A stretch of DNA of 51,497 nucleotides, taken from the NCBI GenBank assembly GCA_016214605.1, contig JACROD010000014.1:107074-158570 (forward strand). Reading direction: 5' to 3'. This document shows, one piece after another, positions 51,416 to 51,497 of the stretch. The position numbers and the translations under genes were made by a program. The DNA is from Candidatus Kaiserbacteria bacterium (GTDB lineage: Bacteria; Patescibacteriota; Minisyncoccia; Phycocordibacterales; UBA2100). Position 1 is the first letter of the stretch. Every line of letters starts with the position of its first letter. Under the pieces are notes generated by a model. That model worked only from the letters and a program-made list of their open reading frames with translations, searched no databases and was not told the DNA's origin.

Positions 51416-51497
51416 ATGGTCGAGCACATACACAAGCGACACAACAAAAACCTGTTGGTATATCACATAGTCTGTCCCGTAAAGTACCGCAGGAACG
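51416..51497 (+). CDS. IS200/IS605-family TnpA-like transposase, N-terminal 27 codons (runs off the window)
   Basis: MVEHIHKRHNKNLLVYHIVCPVKYRRN resembles the N-terminal beta-strand motif (..YHIV...KYRR) of Y1 transposases. Confidence 0.45.
   Translation, partial: MVEHIHKRHNKNLLVYHIVCPVKYRRN

Overview
The window reads like a small-genome, CPR/Parcubacteria-like bacterium. That assignment is an inference from gene content: many leaderless genes, 23S rRNA introns, no rplA after rplK, no rplI after rpsR, and an rRNA operon without 16S.

The backbone is housekeeping:
- nusG' (partial) and rplK
- argS, ileS, recO, glyQS, metG
- tatD, rpsF-ssb-rpsR, efp
- recA, ftsK, rplJ-rplL
- a 23S-5S rRNA operon, and rodA/ftsW

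Accessory material is interspersed:
- four toxin-antitoxin loci: hicBA, RHH-relE, an orphan pemK/mazF-like toxin, and dinJ-yafQ-like
- an Lrp/AsnC-methyltransferase fusion gene
- an L,D-transpeptidase/DD-carboxypeptidase fusion gene
- two large surface proteins with peptidoglycan-binding domains
- an IS200-like fragment at the right edge

Most notable observations:
1. Three conserved genes (recA, rplL, rodA/ftsW) are each followed by a second, synonymously diverged copy of their own 3' end. In each case the two copies bracket a small cargo.
2. The 23S rRNA gene carries two group I introns. One sits at the L1931-equivalent site and has a small ORF unlike known homing endonucleases. The other sits inside the sarcin-ricin loop and encodes a LAGLIDADG protein.
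3. The 23S gene also has expansion segments built from 7-nt tandem repeats. One of these heptad families also occurs right after protein-gene stop codons.
4. Upstream of rplK there is a promoter/terminator-delimited pair of small RNAs. One is tRNA/tmRNA-TLD-like and is complementary to the 5' end of the other.

No CRISPR array and no canonical tRNA gene was found. All homology calls rest on motif recognition from memory, not on searches.
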